Source: Eledone cirrhosa
Taxonomy: Eukaryota
Direction: 5' to 3'
NCBI GenBank assembly: GCA_964016885.1
Contig: OZ024743.1
Span: forward strand, 45,756,001-45,820,000
DNA length: 64,000 nucleotides
This document shows positions 13,051-26,464 of this stretch, piece by piece. Numbering within the stretch: the stretch's first letter is position 1; each line of letters begins with the position of its first letter. Position numbers and translations under genes: made by a program. A model generated the notes under the pieces. It did not search any database. It had not been told where the DNA came from and saw only the letters and a list, made by a program, of their open reading frames with translations.

Positions 13051-13968
13051 ATTATAATAAATGTTCAGTAAACCCATACGTACATATATATACGTGTGCA
13101 TGTATGTATGTATATACATACTACTGTACATCTGTATATATATATGTATGTACGAATACATACTTATATTTAAGTATCAGCCGTACTAAGAGTGAGAAAT
13201 GAAATTTCACATTTTTCCATTTATATATATATATAAATGGAAAAAATGAAATTTCATTTCTCACTCTTAGTACGGCTGATACTTAAATATAAGTATGTAT
13301 ACGTACATACATATATGTATACAGACGTACAGTAGTATGTGGTGATAGTGGTGTTGCTTGTGGTGGTGGTGGTGGTGGTGGTGTTGGTGCTGGTGGTGGT
13401 GTTGCTTGTGGTGGTGGTACTGGCGGTGAAGGTGTTGTTGGTATTGGTGGTAACAATGATGGTGGTAGTAGTTGTGCTGACCGTGGTGGTGGTGCTGGAA
13501 GTATTGGTGGTGGTTGTGGTGTTGGTGGTATTGGTGGTGCCTGTGGTGCTGGAGGTGTTGGTGGTAGCTGTGGTGCACACATATATATATGTACACACAT
13601 ATATATGTACGTATGGGTTTACTGAACCTTTATTATAATGTTCGGTTTGTTTGTAAACAAACAGCCCGAGTTAAGCCGTACAGTGTTCGGCAACCATCGT
13701 TGTCATTTTGTTCAACACTGACAAAGGAACGATGAACTAGTTTCTAGCTTATTGGCTGTCATCAGCACCGTATACCTTCCTGTCAAACGTTCAATCGACT
13801 GACAGGAAGGTATACGGTGCTGATGACAGCTAATAAGCTAGTTCATCGTTCCATTTATCGTTTTCGGTACGCCCGGCCGACTAACTCACTCGATATGAAA
13901 ATTAGGCTGCTCAGCCGTTAATATGCATAAGGAAAGTATATACTTTCAAACGTTCAGTCGACTGGCAG
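13051..13968. mobile_element. Rearranged copy of the 428-nt hammerhead element with two inversions; hammerhead at 13729-13771 (-)
   Basis: Segments match 6944-7530 in +,-,+ order; acggtg-CTGATGA-cagccaataagcta-GAAA-ctag-TT-catcgt; (GGT)n-rich expansion at 13340-13575. Confidence 0.75.
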
Positions 13969-14222
13969 CGGCACAGACTCCACTACAGCTCAAAAGTGAC
14001 ACAGAGGAGACTGAGGTTAGCTGGACATGCTCACCGACATCCAGAGTTGACATTGCACTCAGTACTCCTGTGGGAACCCCTACATGGACACACTGGAAGA
14101 GGAAGACCAAGGTTAACGTATGTTGATGCCCTACGGACAGACACAGGACATGGCAGCGATAATGAGGGTCAGAGACCGCTGGAGAGAACTCGTCCATAGA
14201 TCTCGGGAATTTTACCCGCCCT
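13969..14222 (+). mobile_element. 3' fragment of an RTE-clade LINE
   Basis: RRLRLAGHAHRHPE..VLLWEP.HG..GRGRPRLTYVDAL..DTG, the characteristic RTE ORF C-terminus. Confidence 0.8.
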
Positions 14223-14231
14223 AGAATATAT

Positions 14232-14299
<68 letters not shown>

Positions 14300-14701
14300 G
14301 TATGTGTATATATATATATATATATATATACACATACATACATACATAAACTCTGATATAACACCTGCAACCCTGATGGTATCCAATGATGTTGACTTGT
14401 TCTTTTTGGTAAATATCAGCTTGGTTAAGAGAGTGGGACTGGCTTTGTGCAGTGCCTTTGCTCACTATAAAAGCTTCACGGTACAAGCATTGCTTTATAT
14501 CTGGAGATCTCTCTGCACTTGTCGTCACATGGTACCATGGGCCCAGCACTATGTGTCAATAATTGTCACAAGTGTAGTGTTTGTACCAGAGTTTTCATGT
14601 CGCAGGCTGGACTAAAAAGTCACACTCGTTCAGCGCATCGGTAGGGGTTCTCCTACATGGATATAAAGTAGTGGCCGTACTCGAAAACGCGTTGGCAGCC
14701 A

Positions 14702-14767
<66 letters not shown>

Positions 14768-14915
14768 GGAAGGTATTTTGAAAATTTGGATGTGAACAAC
14801 AATTATAATTGAGTAGCTGCTATTTGCAGTATAGCAATATAAGGTTGCACTTACCAATGAAACGGTCGTAAATACCTGGATAAAATCCTTCTCTTAATGC
14901 TTACCTGTGTTTTCT

Positions 14916-14965
<50 letters not shown>

Positions 14966-14968
<3 letters not shown>

Positions 14969-15088
14969 CGGAATATCAGAAAACAAAACACAAAAAAAAA
15001 CAAAAAAAAAGACAAACGCAGGAGTAAAAGTTACAAATATTATTTGTTTCACGCTTAGTGAGAGTGGAGGTGTGGTTGCAACGTTTCG

Positions 15089-15139
<51 letters not shown>

Positions 15140-15260
15140 CGGAATATCAGAAAACAAAACACAAAAAAAAAACAAAAAAAAAGACAAACGCAGGAGTAAA
15201 AGTTACAAATATTATTTGTTTCACGCTTAGTGAGAGTGGAGGTGTGGTTGCAACGTTTCG

Positions 15261-15263
<3 letters not shown>
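14966..15263 (-). repeat. Tandem duplication (period ~171 bp) of a short PLE-like 3' end plus its (TA)n
   Basis: 14966-15091 and 15137-15263 are nearly identical; minus strand starts gccc-GAAA-cgtt (hammerhead 3' half). Confidence 0.75.
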
Positions 15264-15344
<81 letters not shown>

Positions 15345-15888
15345 GAAGCTGGAAACCTTTTCTCTATATCCACTGTTTTGTATAGATCCTTAATTCCCTT
15401 TTCTAATATATATATATATATATATTTATATATTTATATATATATATATAGGAAAAAGTATGACCCCGACGGTAGAGCTCAAGCCGTTTCGACGGCGATT
15501 TCTTGAGTCCAGTAATAGCCGTCGAAACGGCTTGAGCTCTGCCGTCGGGGTCATACTTTTTCCTATTTCCAACTCTACTATCCTAAGTATTGAGTACTCT
15601 GGTACGTTATGGTCCATCTGGTTCCTTACCACAATTCCTTTGTTATATATATATATATAATCAGAGTATAAATATTTAATATAGAAATATTGAACTGTTT
15701 CATTCGAAGGAAATCATCCTGATGATTTCCTTCGAATGAAACAGTAAAAAATAAATCATACACAAAACGCTAGCACCAACAGTTTTGCAAGAGATGTCAA
15801 CATAAATGGACCTGTTATTTTTATCTGAAGACATTTTTTTCCAATTCCAACCCGCCCGTCTCCTAAATCTATCTTATTTCTCATTCTT

Positions 15889-15924
15889 TCTTCTGATGAA
15901 GGACTAGCGTCCGAAACGTTAAGA
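15889..15924 (+). ncRNA. Very small type I hammerhead ribozyme
   Basis: tctt-CTGATGA-aggactagcgtcc-GAAA-cg-TT-aaga; stem III only possible as an intermolecular ACGT palindrome. Confidence 0.7.
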
Positions 15925-16015
15925 CCCTCTTCCTGCTATATCAAGTGTTAACCTAATATATCCCTTCCATATACTCTACTGATTGTGTTGTTATTTCTGT
16001 TTACGTTTTACATAC

Positions 16016-16068
<53 letters not shown>

Positions 16069-16076
16069 TGTGTCTG

Positions 16077-16140
<64 letters not shown>

Positions 16141-16479
16141 CGCGTGCGCGTGTGTGTGTGTGAGTGTGTATAATGACATCACGTAAAAAAATAGGTCTGT
16201 GATGTTCTGTAGAGTATGTTACTTACTTAAAATACCTTGATTAAAATTTTCAAAAGAAACACACGTTTTTCATGCTTTATATATTGAAGTATTTGTCAAA
16301 TCAACACTTATTCTAATGTCTTACGTGACACAATGAATAGTAAATAATAATAGTAAATAAATATTTAATATCAATCATGTATTGCTAACATTCTTTTTTG
16401 TTAGTTAGATGAAGGAAGGGGGGATGAAGAGGAGGGTGAGAAGGGCGAGAGAATATCAACTGAAAGAATAGTTTTTATG

Positions 16480-17105
16480 TGATTTGGTAGACTCGATAGG
16501 GCGTTGAATAAAATGATTTGAGAGAATTTATTCTGGCTCGATACATTCTGAGTTCAAATCCAACTGAAGTCAACTTTGCCTTTCATTCCTCCTGGCTGAA
16601 TAAAAATAAAATATAATTGTTTCTACTTTTGGCACAAGTCCAGCAATTACCTAATACATTACTGGTACTTTATTTTATCGACCCCGTAAGGATGAAAGGC
16701 AAAGTTAACCTCGACGGGATTTGAACTCAGACCGTAAAGGGACGAAGGGACGTAACTATGCTGGAAAGCATGGCGCCGACCCTCTACCGATACTGCCAAT
16801 AAAAATAAAATATAATACCAGTCATTTACTGGAGTCGGTTTTATTGACTTTCTCTTTCCCTCAGATTGCTGGTCTTGTGCCAAAAATTCGAAACAATTAT
16901 AACAGCGAGTGGATTAGCAGAACTTTTAGAACGTCAGACAAATTCTTTGCAGATTTCCTCCCGGCTCTTTATGACCTGAGTTCAAATCCTACTGAGGTCA
17001 AATTCACCTTTCATTTTTCCAGAACCAATAAAATAACGCACCTGTCAAGTACTGTGTTCGACTTAATTAACTTTCTCCTCTCCGTAAATTACTTATCTTG
17101 TGCCT
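16480..17105. mobile_element. Cluster of SINE S1 copies; a minus-strand copy (16615-16800) interrupts a plus-strand copy
   Basis: aataaaaataaaatataat is repeated on both sides of the inner copy (~16599 and ~16798), consistent with a TSD. Confidence 0.7.
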
Positions 17106-17109
17106 TAAC

Positions 17110-17411
17110 CCTGTAGCATGTAAACCGGCCGTATCCGGCCAGAATTCGCCCACCTCTTTCTGTTCAAACTGGCCATAACTGGCCGCTCATACTAACATTA
17201 AAGTATTGTTCTCAAAATAAATAACATCAAAATCTCATAGACTTAAAATTATGTGAGATAATTATGTAAGATAAAGCCTTTACTACAAAAATATTGGGTT
17301 GTAACATAAATTCCCGCCGTTGTTATAAAACTTCTTAATAAAAAAAACGACGGGAATTTATGTTACAACCCAATACAATAGTATTTATAGAGTAATGTAA
17401 ATGCTAATGGG
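17110..17411. mobile_element. piggyBac-like MITE
   Basis: ttaa|ccctgtagcat ... atgctaatggg|ttca: imperfect CCC..GGG TIRs and a TTAA target, right copy mutated. Confidence 0.6.
17294..17373. mobile_element. 80-bp Tc1/mariner-type MITE nested in the piggyBac-like MITE
   Basis: TA|ttgggttgtaacataaattcccgccgtt ... aacgacgggaatttatgttacaacccaa|TA. Confidence 0.85.
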
Positions 17412-17951
17412 TTCATTAGAAAACATTCGACAGTCTGATGGGAAAATGAGGGAGAGTGTGTGTAGTAGAAGACAGAATATAGACTGTTTTAAATAAAAAA
17501 AATCAATGATTTTAAGAAAGAAAAGTTAAGTGATTTGGCAAAATCATTAGAGCGTCGGACAGAAATCCTTTCAGTATCCATCCTGGCTGTCTGAGTTCAA
17601 ATCCCACAGTGAGCAATGTTTGCCTTTCACCCTTTCGAGGTCGGTAAATATATTACCCCTAGTGTACTGCAGTCAATTATTCATCTATTACTCATTGTCC
17701 CTTCCCCACTTCTCTGCTGATTCTTCTCTAGGTCTCGACCTTTCTTCTTCTCGCACTCTCTTTCTCCACCTTTTCCTCCGTGCAAGAAGTCTGATATGTT
17801 CAAACCTAAGAAGGATATAGGTTCCACCGGGTTTTAAAATGTTACAGCGGTTCTCATCCGCCTTCATCGGGAATTCAGGGCCAATGGAGGGATGTATTGA
17901 TAATAGCTGTAAGTTATGGATATTTAACAATTCAATCAACAATGCTCCTGC

Positions 17952-18053
<102 letters not shown>

Positions 18054-18684
18054 TTTTGTTTTATAGTAAAACAAATCAATATAGCTCTCCGTTACTTGAG
18101 TGATCACACCACATATATAATTCCTCTATTTCTCGATTAATAGAAATGACAAGCCAATGTATTTAAGTCAAGCTGAGTTTTTTTAATATATCTCCAATCA
18201 TTCTATATGATTACTCTTTTACTACTGTAGCTATCATTTTAACTGTAGGAGACACATGTAGATACATGTTCATTGATCATCCAAGACAGATTCATCAAAT
18301 CATAACGTTTTCCTATCATGCTTTATGATTTGAATAAATATCAAAACTTCCACTTATCTCTCTCACCATCTTCATCATACAATATCTCTAACATATAATA
18401 CTCGAATTCTTGGTTGGTTGTTTGGTTGATTTGGTGTCACGTTTGACAACATAGGGAGGGAGGGACAGGTCGAGTAAAGAAAAGAGAGAGAGAGTGAGAG
18501 AGGGGGGGTTAACCTAGGGGCTGAAGAAGGAATATGCATAGTGACCGAAGTGGCAGGTAATGAGTGGGGCAGATAGAGAAACAAACGAACGCTGATTTGA
18601 GAGGACACGCACAAACACACACACACACACACATACACACACACAAATAAATACATATGTACGTACAAACCCACACACACGCAC

Positions 18685-18765
<81 letters not shown>

Positions 18766-20638
18766 GTACGTACAAACACACCCATAATTGTCATCTTCTG
18801 AGACAGCTGTGAATACTTATGGCAATTGTACAGGGTTTTGGTTCACTTTTCACCTTTTCTTCGTTCTCTTTGCCGAAAGGAATACACATAGATGAAAATA
18901 TGTTTTTATGAGTTTTATATCAAATAATAATAATTGTTTCTACTTTTGGCACAAGGCCAGCAATTATCTCAGTGCATTACTGGTACTTTATTTTTTCGAC
19001 CCCGTAAGGATGAAAGGCAAAGTTAACCTCCAATACTGCCAATAATAATTGATTCAGTTGCAAGCAGGCAGCCTCATTACGCTGTTTTTTTCGATGACTT
19101 CTGCCATCCGTTTGTTCTAGCAGTGGCACAGAGAAACATATCGGACTGCGAGCTAGATTTGCCAATTTCACTATGTGGAGCAATAATTAGTGGTGGCTGG
19201 TGACTATATCAGACATCGCTCAGAGGAAACAACTTTTCCTTTACTGAAATCGTTCCTGTAATGTTCGGTAATGTCCATAAGAGAAATAATGCTCGTAACT
19301 GTATTACATATATAAGGTTTCTCTTGTGGGCGTAGCATGGCCGAATAGGTAAGACTTTTACTTCACAGTCATTGGGCCCCGATTTTGATCCCATTACTTG
19401 ACATCTTAGGCAAGTATCATACACCATAAACTCGAATTGACCTAATCCTTCCGAGAGAAATTAGGTACACTAAAACTGTTTGGAACCTCATCAGATGGGC
19501 TGTATCGGTAATTCAATGGGAGAAATTTTGTCATACATTATTGCACGTTGAATATCTCTGATAATTATGTTAAAAGTACACGTGTCTGTTGAATTCTCAG
19601 TCACTTGCACGTTAATCTCCAAAGCAGGTTGAGAAATACTCATTATGGAATGCGATGAAGGTCCATTCCAAAGTTTCTGTTGTCACACTGGTGAATTTCT
19701 AGAGATAATACAAGTCTTAAGTGGGATCTGTAGGTTTATAATACCAGGCAATGTGTTTGGTTTCGTTTGGTTTTTTTATTAAAGCAAACATATCACTTTG
19801 AATGTAATTGTATTGAAAATAATAACCAAAGGCTAAAAAGGAAATATTGATTCAGGATTTCTTTTTCAAAAAGAACGTGAAAATAATCAAAATAAATATG
19901 TGATTTTCCCCTCTTTTAAAACATAACTCCAGGCTGAAATGAAGCTATAAGGCCTGCAATATTTAGATATCTATTTACGTAAAATGTATTGCAGCTTGTA
20001 TTGATCAGATTTACAAATAATTTTTTTTCTTCGAATAGTTTAATAATTCCATGGTTACACATGAATATTTAAAGTTATATTCAACAATATTATAGATATC
20101 TCAACATTACACAAAAGGAAAGAATCCGATCTAACCAAGGAACATATATTGCATATGGTCTTACTATTGCCGATATTATCTGCCGCTCAAAGCTCCTACC
20201 AGAAGCGTCACTGCTTTGCGGGTGACCAAAGGCAGAATTTAAACTCAAAAAGCACAGAGGCGAAACAAATACTACAAAGCATTTTAACTCTTTAACAATT
20301 TGGCTAATCCTCTAATCCACCACCTCTTGATTGATATTTTATTTATTGATCCCTAACTAGATATTCGAGATGACTTTGTTTATACTTTATCACAGCTATT
20401 GTAGCTTTCTATTTCGGATGGATACCATGCCTGAGCTTTGTAAGATATTTCTTCCCTCTTCCTTTTCCCTCCTTCTTTCATTCTTTCTCCCTCTCCCTTC
20501 CTCTTACTGCTTCTTTTCTTTCCTTTTCCCTTCTCCTATCCGCCGCTCCTACTCGTCACTTCCGCAAATTACCACCACCGCACACAGCCTTCGTTGTTGC
20601 CTTTTTACAACGACCTAATGCCGAGTGAAAGGACTTTA

Positions 20639-20755
<117 letters not shown>

Positions 20756-21248
20756 TGACCTGTCTGTATATATATATATATATATATATTTAGCAGTATT
20801 AGTTGTAGATGTTATCGAGATACGAGTGACATAATAATTATTTCAACAGCAGAAATTAGAGATGAAATATACGTTTATTTTTTGATGTAGCACAAACAAT
20901 GGTGTTGTACAGAGGCTGGTTTCTGGCGTGTGTTCAGTCGGCTTTTCAGTGGCTGTCTGTCTTTTCTTTCTGGCGTTCCTAACCGGCGTTGTTCTATCAA
21001 GGAGCGTGAGGCGTCTTACTACAGTACCTCGAGCCAGATTTTCAAATTATCGAAAATCGATGTCATTACTCACATGTGGAGTAAGATGGCGAACAATGCA
21101 ACAAGGGGGACCTATCCGCTCTAGCAAAAATTGAATCCAGAATAAGGATTTGAAAAATGTTACAAAAAAAACGACATGCATGCATAACAAAACAAGGCAA
21201 AGAAAAAGCAGAAACACAGAGGCAAAAAAAAGGTGCAGCTAACATAGT

Positions 21249-24200
21249 CTAAATATATACAGTGCTGCAAAGTTTTTTGGGCCAGTGGACCCTACGACCT
21301 GAACGGGTCGTGGTCTTGTAACGTGGCGATGGTGGTGGTGTAGGGACAGGCGATGATGGTGGTTCAGGAACAGTCGTTCGCTCAACAGGCAAATACGAAG
21401 GGCTTCGTGGATCAGGAACCACAGCGTTCGTGTCAAGGTGCGCCTGCTTAAGCCTGTCTAATGTAACTGTCTCCCGGGACCCCTTAATATCTAACGTGAA
21501 ATGCTTAGCCGAGCACGGTAAGGTCCAGTGTAAGGCTGTGTGAGCGGCGGCTTCACAGAATCTTTCCTAACAAAGACATGCGTCCACGAGGCAATATCCC
21601 TCGGGACAGCAGTCTTGACAGTTTGTTTCCTAGTGTCCATTGGCGGCAAATCCTGGAAATAGGAGCGCAAACGGGACACGTAGGAAGCGTGATCTTGGGC
21701 ATCAAGATCGATAGGGGCAAGCATTTGCCCGGGCAACGTCAGAGGGGCACCGTACAGTACTTCGGCCGGTGAAAATCCAAAGTCGACCTTCACCGTTGAC
21801 CGAATCCCTAGTAGCATAATAGGGAGGTACTCGCTCCAATGCGCCGAGTCCATTGAGGCCATTAAGGAGGCCTTCAGTTGGCGGTGAAAACGCTCCACCA
21901 TACCATTCGAAGCGGGATGGTATGCCGTAGTTCTAATGCGTTTAGCACCAATTAATTTTGACAGCTCGAGGAAAAGGCTCGACTCGAACTGTCGTCCACG
22001 GTCGGTAGTTATTGTGGATGGAACTCCATAACGAGAGATCCATCCAGACACAAGAGCACGTGCTGTTGTCTCCGCGGTGATGTTTTTCAAGGGGATGGCC
22101 TCAGGCCATCTCGAAAAACGGTCAATGACGGTAAGTAGATAAGAAAAACCATCGCTGACAGGCCAAGGTCCCACTATGTCAATATGAATATGCGAAAAAC
22201 GCGCATCTGGGTTAGCAAAGGTACCCAGGGGAGCCTTGACGTGTCGATGGACCTTTGATCTCTGGCAAGCGACGCAGGAACGGCACCAAGCAGCAATTTC
22301 ACGCCTCATATTTGGCCAGAAAAATCTAGCTGATATGAGCTTTGCTGTGGCAGAAGATCCTGGATGCGAGATACAATGTAATCCCAGAAACACGGTCCGA
22401 CGATGATTCTCTGGAACGAAGGGCCTAGGCACGTCCAAAGAGACGTCGCAGAGAATTTGGCCAACTGCAGTCGACAGAGGCAAGTATTTCATCTCGCAAT
22501 TCGCAAACTCGGGCGATGTGACATCCAATGACTCAAGGGGAGGCTGATCCGCAGCCAAACGAGTCAGATCTATGTCAGAGGATGACGAGATCGCTGTCAC
22601 GGGTAAGCGGGACAAAGCATCGGCCGCTGTATTTAGTGAACCGGGAATGTGCTGGATATCACTCGTATATTGCGAGATGAAATCAAGGTGTCTCGTCTCT
22701 CTGGGCGAGTATTTATCAGCCTTCGCTCTCAAAGCAAAAGTCAATGGTTTATGGTCAGTGAGGATAGTAAATTGTCTACCCTCTAGCACATGTGAAAAAT
22801 GTTTCACGGCCAAATAGATGGCTAAAAGCTCTCTTCCAAAGGTGCTGTAGCGCGTCTCAGCAGGATTTAGCTTTTTGGAAAAAAACTCCAGCGGTTGCTG
22901 GTGACCATTGATGTTTTGCTGTAGTACTGCGCCCACAGCGATATCCGATGCATCAACACAAAGCGTTAGCTTTGCACCGGGTACCGGGTGAGTCAGTAAC
23001 GAAGCATTAGCCAAAACAGTTTTGGCGTGCTGAAAATCAGCAAGTTGAGTGTCTGTCAAAGAAATATCTTTGTTCTTCCTCTGACAATTTTTCAAAATTT
23101 CTGTCAGGGAGAAAAGCAATTTTGCACAATTTGGCACGAAACGCCTATAAAAGTTAACCAGACCTAAGAACTGGCGTAACTGACGTAGTGAGGTCGGTGG
23201 AGGCAAATCCTCTATGACCTTAACTCGCTCAGGCCGGGGTCGAATACCGTCAGCATCGATGACGTGACCCAAGAAAGTCAGTGACTCAGCACCAAAAACA
23301 CATTTGGATGCATTAAGCTGCACGTTATACGCCTTCAATCGGCGGAAAAGAAGATTCAAATGGTGCGTATGCTGCTCTGGAGAAGAACTAGCAATGAGCA
23401 GATCGTCAATATAGGTATAGACGAAATCGAGGCCGCGAGTAACCTCATCCATAAACCGCTGAAAAGTACTAGCGGCATTCCTTAATCCGAACGGCATAGT
23501 CAAAAACTTGAAAGACCCAAATGGCGTAACTATAGCCGTTTTTGGAATGTCATTTTTATGGACAGGAATTTGATGGTACGCACGAATTAAATCCAGTTTG
23601 GAGAATATCTTGCATCCCTGCAACGAAGACGCAAAGTCTTGCAGATGAGGGATAGGATAACGGTCCGGTACCGTTATCGAATTCAGGCGTCGATAATCTC
23701 CAGTAGGTCTCCAATCGCCATTCGCTTTCGGTACCATGTGCAATGGGGACGCCCACGGGCTCGTGGACGGACGAATAATCCCCATTTGCAGCATATGATC
23801 AAATTCTGATCGTGCTGCTTTGAGTTTGTCCGGAGGCAAGCGACGAGGACGAGAGAAAACGGGAGCACCAGTTGTAGATATGAAGTGCTCCGTGGTATGA
23901 GTAGGTTCATCAAATCGAAAATTCCCCTGTGTCAGTTGCGGGAACGAGTTCAACAACGCATGGAAAGGATCACCGGTGTTAGCAAGAAAAAATGTCGGGC
24001 TAACCGTTGGAACTCCTGCTGCCTTGCCAACAACAGTTAATCCCGTGATGCCATCAATTAGGCGTTTACCACGAAGGTCCACCGTCAATGAAAAATGGTG
24101 GAGAAAATCCGCGCCTAGAATCGGATACGGCAAGGCAGCGACAGTAAATATCCATTTACACTCGCGCCGCAGATTACGAAACTGCAAAGGTAACGAGATT

Positions 24201-24421
24201 TGTCCGAAAGTTCGAATCGGCGAACAATTTACTGCCTGCAACTCAATAGGCGTCTCAGGGGGAGTCTCCTTCATACAACACACAGGCCATACGGAACAAG
24301 CTGCACCTGTGTCAACCAGAAAAGCTCTACCTGACAGCAGGTCCTCAATGAAAAAGTGGCGGTTAGATGTTGTTTCGCAGAGCGCACTATCCGCCGTTAG
24401 TGACTCTGGTCGTCTTTTCCC
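21249..24421 (-). CDS. pol: Gypsy Pol (protease, RT, RNase H, integrase); frameshift near 21500 affects the integrase tail
   Basis: [35 protein letters not shown] zinc finger, [27 protein letters not shown]; tail DIKG..VTLDRLK..TRSGRRV continues in another frame to the stop at 21249. Confidence 0.92.
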
Positions 24422-25157
24422 TCGTAAGCACAAGGAGGCCTACAACGGGCGGCTTTTTTACCATATCTTTCATGGTAATAACAATATGGTGTTCCTGGTG
24501 TGTTGGAAGGGCTACGGTGGCGAGAAGTTGAATAACGTCGTGAGCGGCTCCTCTGCCGTCCAAAGGACCTGAATTCCGTGCACAACTCCGCCATTTGACG
24601 AGTCATGGCTTCCATAGTGGTGATTAATTTGTCATCAGACGCTGATGAGCGTGATTGAGGAAGAGAAGAGGAAGCAACGTACTTTGGCTTCGAAGTGTCT
24701 CTCTTCGTCACCTCTACAATTTTGTCAGCAGAGACAGCAATGTGATCCAGGGTATTCACCTCTAGCATATGGGCTAGGATCGCCTGTACTTCTTGAGGTA
24801 GGCGAGAGAAGAACAATTGCTTCAGGAAAGGGCTATCCTGATCTTGGGAATCGCTCAAATCCCGCAAATGCCGGAGAAAAGCGGTAGGGGTCCTGTCACC
24901 TAATCGTTCGTCCTCGATCAGTGACCGAAAATGACTCTCTACCGACTTACAATTCCTCCTCAAAATCTCGCCCTTCAAAAACTCATACGTCAAGTAATTA
25001 GGTCTTGGACCGAATCTGCTAGATTAGGGGGAAGGCCGCTAATCAGTACAGCGAGGCGCTGGTCAGATTCGGTCTTACAGACCGTAAAATACGCCTGTAA
25101 CTGGGCAAACCATATCTTAGGTTTTCCAGTAAACGCGGGCAAATGTGGTACATTCAT
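24397..25157 (-). pseudogene. gag: Gypsy Gag with one frameshift near 24995
   Basis: MNVPHLPAFTGKPKIWFAQLQAYF.. then [38 protein letters not shown]. Confidence 0.85.
24415..24421 (-). promoter_or_regulatory. -1 ribosomal frameshift slippery site G GGA AAA between gag and pol
   Basis: Heptamer in gag phase (GAG GGA AAA GAC); a -1 shift enters the pol frame (GGG AAA AGA). Confidence 0.7.
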
Positions 25158-26345
25158 GTCAACTTTTAAAATTAAAACAAATATATATACCTATATATCT
25201 AAAGAGCAATTAATGTACCCTTGTACAGTAAAAAGAGAACAGCCAATATTGAGAAAAAGTTAAAGGGCAAAAAGAAACAGACATTCAAAACATAAGGAAA
25301 TATGCAAAATACATAAAATACAGATATATATCTTTTAAAAAAAAAATTTTCCTTCAACGTCTGTCCCCTCGCGTTGCTTCAACGAACCAGCCAAATCAAA
25401 TAAGGTAAAAAAGAGGAAGAAAAAAAATGTTTTTTTTTTTTTGTTTTTTTTAAATATATCCGCGTTGGATATCAACAAAGGTAGCCAGTGGCTAAAAATC
25501 CCTTAGAAAAAGGTAAGGCATGTATATCCCCATGCGGGGCAGTTATGTTCACAAAAAAAGTTTAGTCTCTTCTCTCTTGATCAGTCATGGAACACATACG
25601 CAATTCAAAAAATGTGTCCGTTTCAAAACTGGGAAGGAACGCAACGCCACCTTGGAAAAATACACTTTTTTCTTTTTTCTTCTGTAAGTTGCGAAAAAGT
25701 TGGCAACGGAAATGAAATATTCAAGTGAATAAAAAAAAGTTGCTCTAAATTATCGACACGAATGAATCGTTTTAATATTTCCGATGTGTGGTGGTTTGCG
25801 TCGGTAAGGCTATGAAGCTGCCACTCACTATTCCCTGTTTTGGTCAGTGGTTAAACAATGTTGTCGCTGCTGCTGCTGTCGTTGTTGTTGTCGAGTGTAG
25901 CAAAAAGTTTTTTGAAATACTACTAATTTTTCGATAATTTTAAAAGGAATATTTTTTATTTTCGCAAGTTGCGAAAAAAAAGGCCAGCAATGTGGCAATA
26001 AAAGTTCAACTGAATGAAAACGAAGGGCTGCGTTAAATTCTTACGTCGGTCACCACTTTAGCAGTATTAGTTATAGATGTTATCGAGATACGAGTGACAT
26101 AATAATTATTTCAACAGCAGAAATTAGAGATGAAATATATGTTTATTTTTTGATGTAGCACAAACAATGGTGTTGTACAGAGGCTGGTTTCTGGCGTGTG
26201 TTCATCGGTTTTTCAGTGGCTGTCTGTCTTTTCTTTCTGGCGTTCCTAACCGGCGTTGTTCTATCAAGGAGCGTGAGGCGTCTTACTACATATATATATA
26301 TATATATAATATAAGATCAAAAGATGGTTAAAGGAGTTCAATATA

Positions 26346-26412
26346 TTTTATTATGCGCATTTCAAAAACAAACATCATCAAACAATAATATTTGTGTTTT
26401 CATCAGATAAAA
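26346..26412 (-). ncRNA. Type I hammerhead ribozyme (left arm of the Naiad element)
   Basis: Reverse complement of 31185-31251. Confidence 0.85.
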
Positions 26413-26433
26413 CAGGAGAACATGATATGAAGG

Positions 26434-26464
<31 letters not shown>

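Larger units (their letters stand above)
20789..26290 (-). mobile_element. Ty3/Gypsy LTR retrotransposon, near full length
   Basis: Two ~234-bp LTRs (20789-21023, 26057-26290) differing at about 4 positions; PBS TGGTGACCGACGT next to the 5' LTR; gag and PR-RT-RH-IN order; (TA)n on both flanks. Confidence 0.95.

Noticed and set aside
13254-13638. Pro-, His-, Thr- or Val-rich ORFs
   Set aside because: Degenerate (GGT)n expansion inside a non-coding repeat
14345-14703. Higher-GC island between (TA)n tracts, possibly a LINE fragment
   Set aside because: No diagnostic motif found in any frame; left unclassified
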